This document shows positions 34,655-42,607 of a stretch of 64,000 bases of DNA, one piece after another. Position numbers and translations under genes: made by a program. Origin of the DNA: an uncultured Gammaproteobacteria bacterium (GTDB taxonomy: Bacteria; Patescibacteriota; Patescibacteriia; Magasanikbacterales; UBA922); NCBI GenBank assembly GCA_964394405.1, contig CAYMVY010000002.1, positions 92-64,091 on the forward strand. Direction: 5' to 3'. The number at the start of each line of letters is the position of its first letter. Within the stretch, counting starts at the first letter, position 1. The notes beneath the pieces were generated by a model. It searched no databases. It saw only the letters and a program-made list of their open reading frames with translations, and was not told the origin of the DNA.

Positions 34655-36352
34655 TTATGTTATTTCTTTAATCATGTATGTACCTTCTTTTTTGTAGCCA
34701 AGCTTTTCATAATATCCACGTACACCTACTCCGGAAATCACAGCGAGTTTTTTTACTTTATTTTCTTTGCTAATACGCTCAGCTTCAGCCATTAGTTTTT
34801 TACCGTATCCTTTGTGTTGACTACCGATTGTTTTTGTTTTTCCGATTCCGATCATTTGTCCATATACGTGTAGTTCTCGGATGAAAGCGCTGTTTGTTAG
34901 CTCGGGCATGAGTTTTTTTAAGTTTTCTAAGTTGGCTGAGTTAGCTAAGTTTTCTGAGTGGGGAATGCGTAAACGTAAGAAACCGTAGACGGCGATGCGA
35001 TTTTTGTCTTCCATTGAAATGAAATATTCTGTTCCGCCAATAGTTTCATATGTGTCAACAAAAATTTGTGGTTCTTCGTTTTCATTAATATTATCTTTTT
35101 GTCGATAAATTTCTCGGCAACGCAGACATTCGCAATGCTTTCCTTCTTTCTTTAATTGATATTCAAGCATCTCGCGCAAGTTGGTAATGATATTTCCATT
35201 CTCAATTTCTGTTGCAGGGATATCGCGAATGAGTCGAGAAATGCGGCAATAGCGGGGAGTCGCGAGTTTCATTTCGAGCAATGCCTTGAATAATCCTTCA
35301 TCGCCATACGATTTATATCGTCCATCAAGAAACCACTGATACAGCTCTGCGGATTTAATAACCGTGTTTGGATAAATTTTGATCATGTCTGGGCGAAGGC
35401 CTGGATCCATGAATATTTCTTTGTACATTTCTACATCATGCTCAGGGCTACTCCCTGGTAAATCAGGCATGAAATGCAAATCTACTTTGAAACCCGCTTC
35501 GCGAAGTAGGTAGATTGCCTCGCGGAATTGTTGTACTGTATGTCCGCGTTTGATTAATTCAAGAATTTTATTGTCTGTTGCCTGCAGACCTAATTCAATT
35601 CGGGTACAACCCTGAAGGCGCATATGGTGAATCGTTTTTCCCGAAATTGCGTCTGGTCGAGTCTCAAGTGTGAGACCAATAATACGATGTCCAGTAGATT
35701 CATTAATCGTTTGCTCTTTATCAAGAGCTTCCTGTAATTCAGTAAGAGGTCTATCATTCCAATATTCCTCACTGGTTGGACCAATTGGAACTTCACGGCT
35801 GAAATCATTGCATGCTTTGAATGATTCGAGAATGAACCAGTATTGATATTTAAGCGGATATGCATTCCATGTCCCACCTTTTAAAATATACTCAATTTTG
35901 TCAGTAGGGTGACCATTCACCTCAAGCATTTCGATGCGTCTCTTCATCTGTTCGTATGGGCTAAAATCAAGCCGTAGTGCTCGTGCTGCGGCGGGTTCGG
36001 TTGCAATATAGCTTTTGGGCATGCGGAGCTCAGTAGGGCAGTATACGCATTTTCCGGGGCAGGTATAGGGCTTTACCAATGAGGTTATAATTACTACTCC
36101 AGAAAGGGTACGTACATTTGCTTTGCGAAGAAAAAATTCCATTTGTTCGTCTGGTTCTACACTTTTCTTTTCGAGTAGACTCTGGTAGGCTATGAGCAGT
36201 TGTTGGTTTGCAGGTTGTTTGATTTTTAATTTCGAAGCGCCAAGTCTTTTTGCATCATCAAAATCCTCTTTGGTTTGAGGCTTGTATGCGACGATATATT
36301 CCATTAATTTTTCTGCTATTTCATTCATACGTATGTCGAAAGTTGACTTCAT
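34655..36352 (-). CDS. Elp3-like radical SAM / GNAT acetyltransferase (bacterial Elp3 homologue)
   Basis: Radical-SAM CxxxCxxC (CPGKCVYC). C-terminal GNAT (GYGKKLMAEAERI). 565 aa. It contains an in-frame 9-bp tandem insertion (ENLANSANLENL). Confidence 0.75.
   Translation of the reverse strand: MKSTFDIRMNEIAEKLMEYIVAYKPQTKEDFDDAKRLGASKLKIKQPANQQLLIAYQSLLEKKSVEPDEQMEFFLRKANVRTLSGVVIITSLVKPYTCPGKCVYCPTELRMPKSYIATEPAAARALRLDFSPYEQMKRRIEMLEVNGHPTDKIEYILKGGTWNAYPLKYQYWFILESFKACNDFSREVPIGPTSEEYWNDRPLTELQEALDKEQTINESTGHRIIGLTLETRPDAISGKTIHHMRLQGCTRIELGLQATDNKILELIKRGHTVQQFREAIYLLREAGFKVDLHFMPDLPGSSPEHDVEMYKEIFMDPGLRPDMIKIYPNTVIKSAELYQWFLDGRYKSYGDEGLFKALLEMKLATPRYCRISRLIRDIPATEIENGNIITNLREMLEYQLKKEGKHCECLRCREIYRQKDNINENEEPQIFVDTYETIGGTEYFISMEDKNRIAVYGFLRLRIPHSENLANSANLENLKKLMPELTNSAFIRELHVYGQMIGIGKTKTIGSQHKGYGKKLMAEAERISKENKVKKLAVISGVGVRGYYEKLGYKKEGTYMIKEIT
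34919..34958. repeat. 9-bp tandem units (RAGTTNKCT x4) within the Elp3-like coding region
   Basis: aagttttct aagttggct gagttagct aagttttct gagt, translated in frame as ...ENLANSANLENL.... Confidence 0.6.
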
Positions 36353-37460
36353 TTCCCAGAATAGAGATTTTTATGACATTATTGCTCCGTATTTTTCCAA
36401 TACCCGAGAGTTTTTGTGGGAAGATCTCAAAGATTTCTCCCAGTATATCACGAAGGATGATGCTGTTCTTGATATTGGGTGCGGGAATGGAAGAGTATAT
36501 CAATTATGCGAGAATTTGCAAGTAGCGTATACCGGGATTGATCAGAGTAAGGAACTTGTTGCGATAGCCCGAGAAAAATATCCGCAGGCACATTTTGATA
36601 TCGGAGAAATGACGACACTTCCATATGCTGATGCATCTTTTTCGGTAATACTTTGCATTGCAACGTTTAACCATCTACCAACTGTAGAAACTAGAATTCA
36701 GGCGCTCAAGGAAATGAAACGTGTACTGAAACCTGGAGGAGTTATTCTCATGACCAATTGGAATGTCTTGTCAGATAATGCGCAGAAATATATTGATAAA
36801 GGAAAATGGAAGATTGTAGATACTAATAGACAAGATGTCCTAGTGCCATGGATGACACCGATTGGTGAAAAAATGCCTGGCGATCGATATTATCATGGAT
36901 ATGAACTATCAGAATTATTTGATTTGTTTACCACTGTAGGATTTATTGTAGAACAGCAATATTATTCGAAAAAAGGAAAACGGAGTACAAAAAATGAAGG
37001 ACATAATATTGTAAGCATTATTAGAAATCAGTGGACTGGCGTACCTTCTGCTGGGGGAGTGGTAGTACGAAAAGAAGGGGAGGAATATTTTGTTGCTGTT
37101 GAAAGAGATGGGAGTTTGATTCAGGGCGAGTATTGGTTTATTCCCAAAGGTCATATGGACCCAGGAGAAACGCTTGAAGAAGCTGCACGACGAGAGATTG
37201 GCGAAGAAGTTGGTGTGACTGAATTGATCTATAATTGTTTTCTTATGAAAACTGAACGAGAAGCTGTGATTGGTGGTGAATGGAAGAATATGTATTATTT
37301 TTTGTATATTACTGAGCAAGTTGAATTGCAACCAACTGCAACTGATAAACCTCATGAAGCTCGATGGGTGAATTTGTTTCAGGATACACCGATTTCGTCG
37401 TTAGAGGAGCAAGAGAGAGTGTTTGAGATGGTGAGGAAAATAATTCGATCAGATGTATAA
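36333..37460 (+). CDS. Fusion protein: class I SAM-dependent methyltransferase + C-terminal NUDIX hydrolase domain
   Basis: MTase motif I VLDIGCGNGR, with post I/II motifs. C-terminal Nudix box GHMDPGETLEEAARREIGEEVGV. Confidence 0.75.
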   Translation: MSKVDFISQNRDFYDIIAPYFSNTREFLWEDLKDFSQYITKDDAVLDIGCGNGRVYQLCENLQVAYTGIDQSKELVAIAREKYPQAHFDIGEMTTLPYADASFSVILCIATFNHLPTVETRIQALKEMKRVLKPGGVILMTNWNVLSDNAQKYIDKGKWKIVDTNRQDVLVPWMTPIGEKMPGDRYYHGYELSELFDLFTTVGFIVEQQYYSKKGKRSTKNEGHNIVSIIRNQWTGVPSAGGVVVRKEGEEYFVAVERDGSLIQGEYWFIPKGHMDPGETLEEAARREIGEEVGVTELIYNCFLMKTEREAVIGGEWKNMYYFLYITEQVELQPTATDKPHEARWVNLFQDTPISSLEEQERVFEMVRKIIRSDV

Positions 37461-37481
37461 TAAATAAGAAAGGAGGGGATT

Positions 37482-37850
37482 GTGTGGAGGTATATACGTT
37501 CTCACAATCGAGGAGAATTTAAGGATCGGCGACAAGACTTGCGCACATTTTCGACTAAAGCAGAACGAGTTTTGTGGCAAGAATTGAGAAAGCGAAAACT
37601 CAGATATAGATTTCGTCGGCAGTTTGGCATTACGACATATATTGTCGATTTTTATTGTCCATATTTGTGGCTTATTATTGAAGCTGATGGACCAATTCAT
37701 TTGAAACAAAAGGAACAAGATAAAAAACGCGAAGATTTTTTAAAATCTCGCGGATATACGGTTATTCGATTTACAAATGATGAAGTGTTGTTTGAACGAG
37801 AACGGGTTGTTGAGGAGATTAGGCGAGTGTGTCGAGAATTGGATGTTTAG
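37482..37850 (+). CDS. DUF559 / Vsr-like endonuclease-fold protein (GTG start, SD AAGGAGGGG)
   Basis: LWQELRKRKLRYRFRRQFGITTYIVDFYCPYLWLIIEADGPIH...GYTVIRFTNDEV matches the DUF559 pattern. Confidence 0.75.
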   Translation: MWRYIRSHNRGEFKDRRQDLRTFSTKAERVLWQELRKRKLRYRFRRQFGITTYIVDFYCPYLWLIIEADGPIHLKQKEQDKKREDFLKSRGYTVIRFTNDEVLFERERVVEEIRRVCRELDV

Positions 37851-37856
37851 CACGTT

Positions 37857-37943
37857 CTTCCCCCTTTCCCAAGGGGGAAGACAGAAGGGGGTATAAGCCT
37901 ATTCTACCCCACCCTGTCCCTCCCCTTGAGAAAGGGGAGGGAA
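37857..37943. repeat. Two adjacent GC-rich hairpins (CTTCCCCCTT..AAGGGGGAAG and GTCCCTCCCCTT..AGGGGAGGGAAC) between convergent genes; member of the CCCTCCCCT/AGGGGAGGG repeat family
   Basis: The same caccctg..ccctcccct-loop-aggggaggg core is found at 493-522 and 8053-8084. Confidence 0.7.
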
Positions 37944-37951
37944 CGCACTGA

Positions 37952-38839
37952 CTACATCCCTGTAATCAAGCACGCAACCGGTCCATCGAATTTCCAATTT
38001 TTTTGTAAAGCTTTTTGTAATCCTGCAATTGAGAGTGCAGAGTTTGGGGAGATTATACTTTCACATGTTTCCTCGATGAGCATGATTGCATTCTTGATTT
38101 CCTTATCACTCACCACCCATCCGAACCCATCGGATTTTTTTATTACTTCAATTACATGCTCTTTTCGATGAGCGACATTGTCGACGATTGCTCCGGCAAG
38201 TGACGATTCTCTATGGATAAATTCTGTATCAAAATGTTCAGCTATGGGGTGGCAATGTTCGGTTTGTACAATATGAATTTGTGGTTTTGGTTGGTCTAGT
38301 TTTTCAAATTCAATTCCGAGAGCTTGTGCGGTGGTTCCAGAAGAGGTAGGAATAAAAATAGCAGAAAGATTCGGAATACGTGCTAATTCTTTTGCTAGTT
38401 CAAAATATCCTTCCAGCGCTAAGTCATCAGTCGATTGTCGAAGATTCAGCGCAGTTCCTGCTTTATGCATTTCAAGCGCAGATTTTTTTGGTCGTTCAGT
38501 TTGTGTAATGGTGATGTGTGAGTCTTCTTCTCTTTCAGTTCCTAGAATCAGTAACTTTTTTGGTTGTATTTTTTGCCCCACAAACACTGTGAGGTTAAGC
38601 GGAGTTTCGACATTATTTCGATTATGTAGACACACATACTTTATTGCAGAGAGTGCGGCATTTCCTGATGATGAGATAACAAAAGAGGATTTATTTTCTT
38701 TTTTTACATAATGTTCAATCATGTGTGGAATTGATCGTCCTTTGTGTGACCCAAAAGCATGGAGATCTTCGCGTTTTAGGTATACCTCGACTCCTAGTGC
38801 CTCATTTAGTTTTTGGTATGATTGTTGGGTGGTTTTCAT
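37952..38839 (-). CDS. PLP-dependent enzyme, fold type II (threonine synthase/dehydratase/cysteine synthase-like)
   Basis: LKREDLHAFGSHKGRS resembles the PLP-lysine motif (SFKDRG-like). Glycine-rich PLP loop SSGNAALS. Confidence 0.55.
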   Translation of the reverse strand: MKTTQQSYQKLNEALGVEVYLKREDLHAFGSHKGRSIPHMIEHYVKKENKSSFVISSSGNAALSAIKYVCLHNRNNVETPLNLTVFVGQKIQPKKLLILGTEREEDSHITITQTERPKKSALEMHKAGTALNLRQSTDDLALEGYFELAKELARIPNLSAIFIPTSSGTTAQALGIEFEKLDQPKPQIHIVQTEHCHPIAEHFDTEFIHRESSLAGAIVDNVAHRKEHVIEVIKKSDGFGWVVSDKEIKNAIMLIEETCESIISPNSALSIAGLQKALQKNWKFDGPVACLITGM

Positions 38840-38934
38840 ACATTTTGACTATTGAAAAATATCGTGTTATAGTTTTTCATTATCCGTTCCCGTTTTGGCA
38901 AAAATTAAGACGGGCGAAGTAAACACTATCATGT

Positions 38935-39096
38935 ATGAGACTTATCTGTCCAGAATGTAAAAATGAAGTCGATCTATCGGCATATCCCAATCTTGCTGTT
39001 GATCAAGTGATTGAATGTGATATCTGTGGAATCACACTCATGATCACTAGCCTTGGTGATGAGGTGTCAGCTGAGATTGTGGATGAGGGAAAATAA
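38935..39096 (+). CDS. Small zinc-ribbon protein (53 aa), LysW-like fold; not in the supplied ORF track
   Basis: MRLICPECKNEVDLSAYPNLAVDQVIECDICGITLMITSLGDEVSAEIVDEGK* has two CxxC pairs with LysW-like spacing and an acidic tail. It is followed by a strong bidirectional terminator. Confidence 0.5.
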   Translation: MRLICPECKNEVDLSAYPNLAVDQVIECDICGITLMITSLGDEVSAEIVDEGK

Positions 39097-39103
39097 GGAA
39101 GAT

Positions 39104-39127
39104 AAAAAGCGCTCTACGCGCTTTTTT
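39104..39127. terminator. Bidirectional terminator (AAAGCGC-TCTAC-GCGCTTT) shared by the small ORF (+) and the NUDIX gene (-)
   Basis: aaaaagcgctctacgcgctttttt. Confidence 0.8.
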
Positions 39128-39129
39128 GT

Positions 39130-39678
39130 TTACTCGAATAACATTTTTTTAAATTCTTCAAGTTGTCCTTTGTAATACAAGGTAAGAATATCAAGCGACA
39201 GATCTTTTGATTGGAAATTTGGATCGATGATAATTTCCATAAATTCATCAAAAGATACCAGCATTGGTGTGATTTTTTCTCCAGGATCGAGATTTTGTTC
39301 TGCAATTTTTTTGCATTCGCGTGCAATAAACGTTTGGATTGTCCAATCAATTCGAGTATATAAATTTTTTGTTGCCAATAGTTCCCATTGTTCTGACGCA
39401 TACCCTATTTCTTCAAGCATTTCTCGTTTTGCTGCATTGAGTGGTTGTTCATCCTTATCTTGTTGACCACCCACGAGACCATATCGTTCAGGATAGGTGG
39501 GTTGCGTCTCTTTTACTATTATTATCTTATCTTCAATAATTGGAAGTATTTGTACACTACCTGGTCGTCTGAGCATTTCAAATGTTTTGACGCTTCCATC
39601 AAATTGTTTTTGATCCCAGTGGTAGGCATCGAAGATTATTCCTTCGAATACTTTTTTTGCGTCTTTGGGTATGGGCAT
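39130..39678 (-). CDS. NUDIX hydrolase
   Basis: Nudix box GLVGGQQDKDEQPLNAAKREMLEEIGY. Confidence 0.8.
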   Translation of the reverse strand: MPIPKDAKKVFEGIIFDAYHWDQKQFDGSVKTFEMLRRPGSVQILPIIEDKIIIVKETQPTYPERYGLVGGQQDKDEQPLNAAKREMLEEIGYASEQWELLATKNLYTRIDWTIQTFIARECKKIAEQNLDPGEKITPMLVSFDEFMEIIIDPNFQSKDLSLDILTLYYKGQLEEFKKMLFE

Positions 39679-39679
39679 A

Positions 39680-41056
39680 TTATCTACTTAGTTTACTCAC
39701 CAGCTCTTCGATCATACCACGAAACCCATGGCTACCGAGGAAGACGACAGAATCTCCAGGCTGAGCTTCTTCTATAATTGTCTGAATGAGTATGTGATCA
39801 TCATCAATATATTGTGTATGTGAATGTGTTTTTGTAATGATTTGAGCCAAGCCTTCGCCATCAAATGGTTTGTCTGCGTCTTTGTCAGTTTTGATGATTG
39901 TGAGACGGGGGATGATGACTATATCTGCGTCGGTAAATGCATGTGCATATCCTTCAGTTGCGCTTGGCTGCCTATTTCCAGTGTTTGGTTCAAAAATTGC
40001 AATTACTTTGCCTGCGGTGATTTTTTTCACGGTTGCGAGAGCTGACGATGCTTTGGTGGGGGAATGAGCAATATCATCAATAACAGTAACGTCACCTTCG
40101 TAGCGTTTTTCCATACGACGTTTGAGTCCTTGGTGAGCAGTGATTGAAGCGATAATTGATTCAGGTTCAATTCCAATCGTGTGGGCGAGCGCAAAACAGC
40201 CACTAATATTTTCTGCCTGATATTCACTTACGAAGGGAGTTTTGATCTGAAATGTTTTTTTGTCATGAGTAATCGTGAAAGTCATTCCATTCTTATCGCT
40301 TACAATATTAGAATACATGTAGTCATTGTGTTCACTTAGTCCATAGGTCACCACTTTGCATTCACTGTATTCTCTGTATTGTTCCGCACGTTCTGAAAGT
40401 ACGAGAAGTCCATCTTTCGGAAGAGAGCGTACGAGTGTCTCAAATGTATCAAAATATTTTTGTTCTGTTGGGTAAATATCTGCATGGTCCCATTCGACTG
40501 CGGTTAGGAGCAAGTGTGTTGGATTGTAGTGCGCAAATTTGGGGCTATTGTCCCAACGTGCGGTTTTGTATTCATCACCTTCGAGCACACTCCAGCCACT
40601 TTTTCCAATCTGTGCAGATGGAGTTTCATCTATACTTAGGCCACCAAACATATAGCTGGGGTCGTACTCTGCATCAGTAAGAATTTGAGCCATGAGCGCT
40701 GAAGAGCTGGTTTTTCCATAGGTCCCTGCACAGACAATTGAATTTTTCTTGAGGAAAAATTTTTCAATCAGTTCCGGATAAGAAACATAGGGAATGTTGT
40801 TTTCCTGTACACATATCCATTCTGGATTGGTAGAAGATGCGACGTTCCCAACAACTACGAGATCAGGATTTCCATTTGCGCACATTTTTTGTGGGTGCCA
40901 ACCTGGATAATAAGGGACGCCATTATCTTTCAGATATGTTGAAATAGGAGGAAAAAATCCTTTGTCACTGCCAGTCACATCGTGTCCAGCTTTTTTGAGG
41001 GCGAGTGCGAGACCTCCCATGGCTACGCCGCAGATTCCGATAAAGTGGATTTTCAT
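39680..41056 (-). CDS. Mur ligase family protein (MurC/Mpl-like UDP-N-acetylmuramate--amino acid ligase)
   Basis: N-terminal IHFIGICGVAMGGLALAL, P-loop GTYGKTSSSAL, 458 aa. Confidence 0.75.
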   Translation of the reverse strand: MKIHFIGICGVAMGGLALALKKAGHDVTGSDKGFFPPISTYLKDNGVPYYPGWHPQKMCANGNPDLVVVGNVASSTNPEWICVQENNIPYVSYPELIEKFFLKKNSIVCAGTYGKTSSSALMAQILTDAEYDPSYMFGGLSIDETPSAQIGKSGWSVLEGDEYKTARWDNSPKFAHYNPTHLLLTAVEWDHADIYPTEQKYFDTFETLVRSLPKDGLLVLSERAEQYREYSECKVVTYGLSEHNDYMYSNIVSDKNGMTFTITHDKKTFQIKTPFVSEYQAENISGCFALAHTIGIEPESIIASITAHQGLKRRMEKRYEGDVTVIDDIAHSPTKASSALATVKKITAGKVIAIFEPNTGNRQPSATEGYAHAFTDADIVIIPRLTIIKTDKDADKPFDGEGLAQIITKTHSHTQYIDDDHILIQTIIEEAQPGDSVVFLGSHGFRGMIEELVSKLSR

Positions 41057-41089
41057 AAAGTCAAAAGTAAAAACGCAAAAGTAAAAAGA

Positions 41090-42151
41090 TTAATTTCGAG
41101 CTATATCTGGAATATTTTTTCTTGGAATAATTCTAACCTGAACTTCTTTTTGTCCAAGAATATACGCTTTGACTAGTCTGTGTAATCCATCTAGAATAAC
41201 GTATTTACCCTTGTTTTCCATAATATCTATTGGATAGCGCAAATCAACTTGCTCTACGCGCTTTTGGTGATCGAGTGTTCCTTCTTTTTTATTAATCACT
41301 TCCCAGGGAGTTAGATTATATGCATCAGTGCCATCTTTTTCCCAAAAAGGTATATCAAAATGCCATGTTAATTCTTCAATATCTATGGTTTGTGTGGGGA
41401 TAACAAGTGCCCAGACTTTTTTTGAATCCCAATGGAAGTCAAAACCAACTTGCTTGATAATTTCTGGTAGTGTATCAGCATCATTGCGAGTATGGGTTAA
41501 AAGATTTTTTAACTCCTCAACATCTTCACTCCACTTCTCTCCATCAAACCATTCAGCTCCAGAAAATTGAAATTTATACGTGTCGGTAGGGCGCTGTGCT
41601 GAGCCGAGATACGCGTATTTCTTTTTAGCATCTTTTGACCAGACAATAGCTTTGGTCATCATTCCAATACCGATATTTGTAAATTGGCTCACGTTTGTGA
41701 GTTCGTAGAAGGGATAAGAATAGTGCAAGATATTTTCATTTGCATAGCAGATTGAGTAGCCGACTGCTTCTTCGTTATGAATATACTTAAGTAGTAAATT
41801 GAAATTACTTTCTTCAGTATCGGTCAGCAGTTCTTTTACTTTGTTTGCGCTAAAGGTTCCGTCGCCAAATTTGGTGGTATAAAAATCTTTGGCAAGTTTG
41901 CCGATAGACCAGTGATAGTTGGAATAGGAAAGGGGAATAGTTTCAAGCGTGATTTCATCAGTTTTTTTAAGCACTCGTCGATTTTCACTTGATAATTCAA
42001 ATTTTGATAAATCTATTCGTACACTACGCGTCTGATCCATTTCACCTTTGCCTCTGCGTGTAAAAACAAAACCATCAGCATATTGGTTACTAATGTTCTC
42101 TGGTGAGAAATCGGTAATGGTTTGTTTTTTCCAGGCGAGGTATGTCCCCAT
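41090..42151 (-). CDS. Fusion: aminoacyl-tRNA--protein transferase-like (ATE/Bpt C-domain-like, GNAT/Fem-like) + C-terminal ParB/Srx-like domain
   Basis: HYSYPFYE and IGIGMMTKAIVWSKDAKKKYAYLGS resemble Bpt/ATE motifs (YTFYDP, ILWQI..YLGYWI). The C-terminal YVILDGLHRLVKAYILG is a ParB/Srx DG.HR motif. The start may extend to 42214. Confidence 0.5.
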   Translation of the reverse strand: MGTYLAWKKQTITDFSPENISNQYADGFVFTRRGKGEMDQTRSVRIDLSKFELSSENRRVLKKTDEITLETIPLSYSNYHWSIGKLAKDFYTTKFGDGTFSANKVKELLTDTEESNFNLLLKYIHNEEAVGYSICYANENILHYSYPFYELTNVSQFTNIGIGMMTKAIVWSKDAKKKYAYLGSAQRPTDTYKFQFSGAEWFDGEKWSEDVEELKNLLTHTRNDADTLPEIIKQVGFDFHWDSKKVWALVIPTQTIDIEELTWHFDIPFWEKDGTDAYNLTPWEVINKKEGTLDHQKRVEQVDLRYPIDIMENKGKYVILDGLHRLVKAYILGQKEVQVRIIPRKNIPDIARN

Positions 42152-42159
42152 AGATGTGA

Positions 42160-42570
42160 TTATTTTTTGATTGCGGGCTGTGTTTTCTTTGTATTGAAAC
42201 GTTTTTCCATCCATCGATAGATTCCAATGAACGCACCTGTACTTAGTATCGTAAAGAATCCTACGAGCATATCGAATCCTCCGAAGAATGTCGCTACTAT
42301 TCCTCCGATCATAAAAATATAACTCCATGTTTTCATCTGCATTGCAGCAAAAAACATGTTTGCGGCAGGGTCCGAGAGATGCCAGTATCGATCGACGAGG
42401 AGAATATTGACTCCAAATATGAATACCCACATTGGTACTAGCAGAGTACCCAGTGTTTCTTCGGGGATTGATGAGCCAAATATCGCGAATGCGATAATTG
42501 CCCATACGAATGAAATACCGAATGCGATAGCGCCCACATAGAGCGCTTTTATTCTAAACCAGATTAGCAT
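42160..42570 (-). CDS. Small polytopic membrane protein (hypothetical)
   Basis: 136 aa, 4 predicted TM helices. Upstream in the same orientation as the tRNA-transferase-like gene. Confidence 0.55.
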   Translation of the reverse strand: MLIWFRIKALYVGAIAFGISFVWAIIAFAIFGSSIPEETLGTLLVPMWVFIFGVNILLVDRYWHLSDPAANMFFAAMQMKTWSYIFMIGGIVATFFGGFDMLVGFFTILSTGAFIGIYRWMEKRFNTKKTQPAIKK

Positions 42571-42607
42571 ATGTTATACTTATATTAATTATCTTTAATC
42601 TTCTTTG

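Noticed and set aside
38935-39096. Calling the small zinc-ribbon ORF a bona fide LysW amino-group carrier
   Set aside because: The C-terminus is ...EIVDEGK, not the conserved ...EDWGE with terminal Glu used for substrate attachment. No LysX/LysZ/LysY/LysJ/LysK genes are adjacent. It was kept as LysW-like fold only.
42214-42505. N-terminal 97-118 residues of tracked ORF 41090..42505
   Set aside because: They overlap the well-formed upstream membrane-protein gene (42160..42570) in another frame. An internal ATG at 42151 gives an 8-bp intergenic gap, with 42214 as an alternative.
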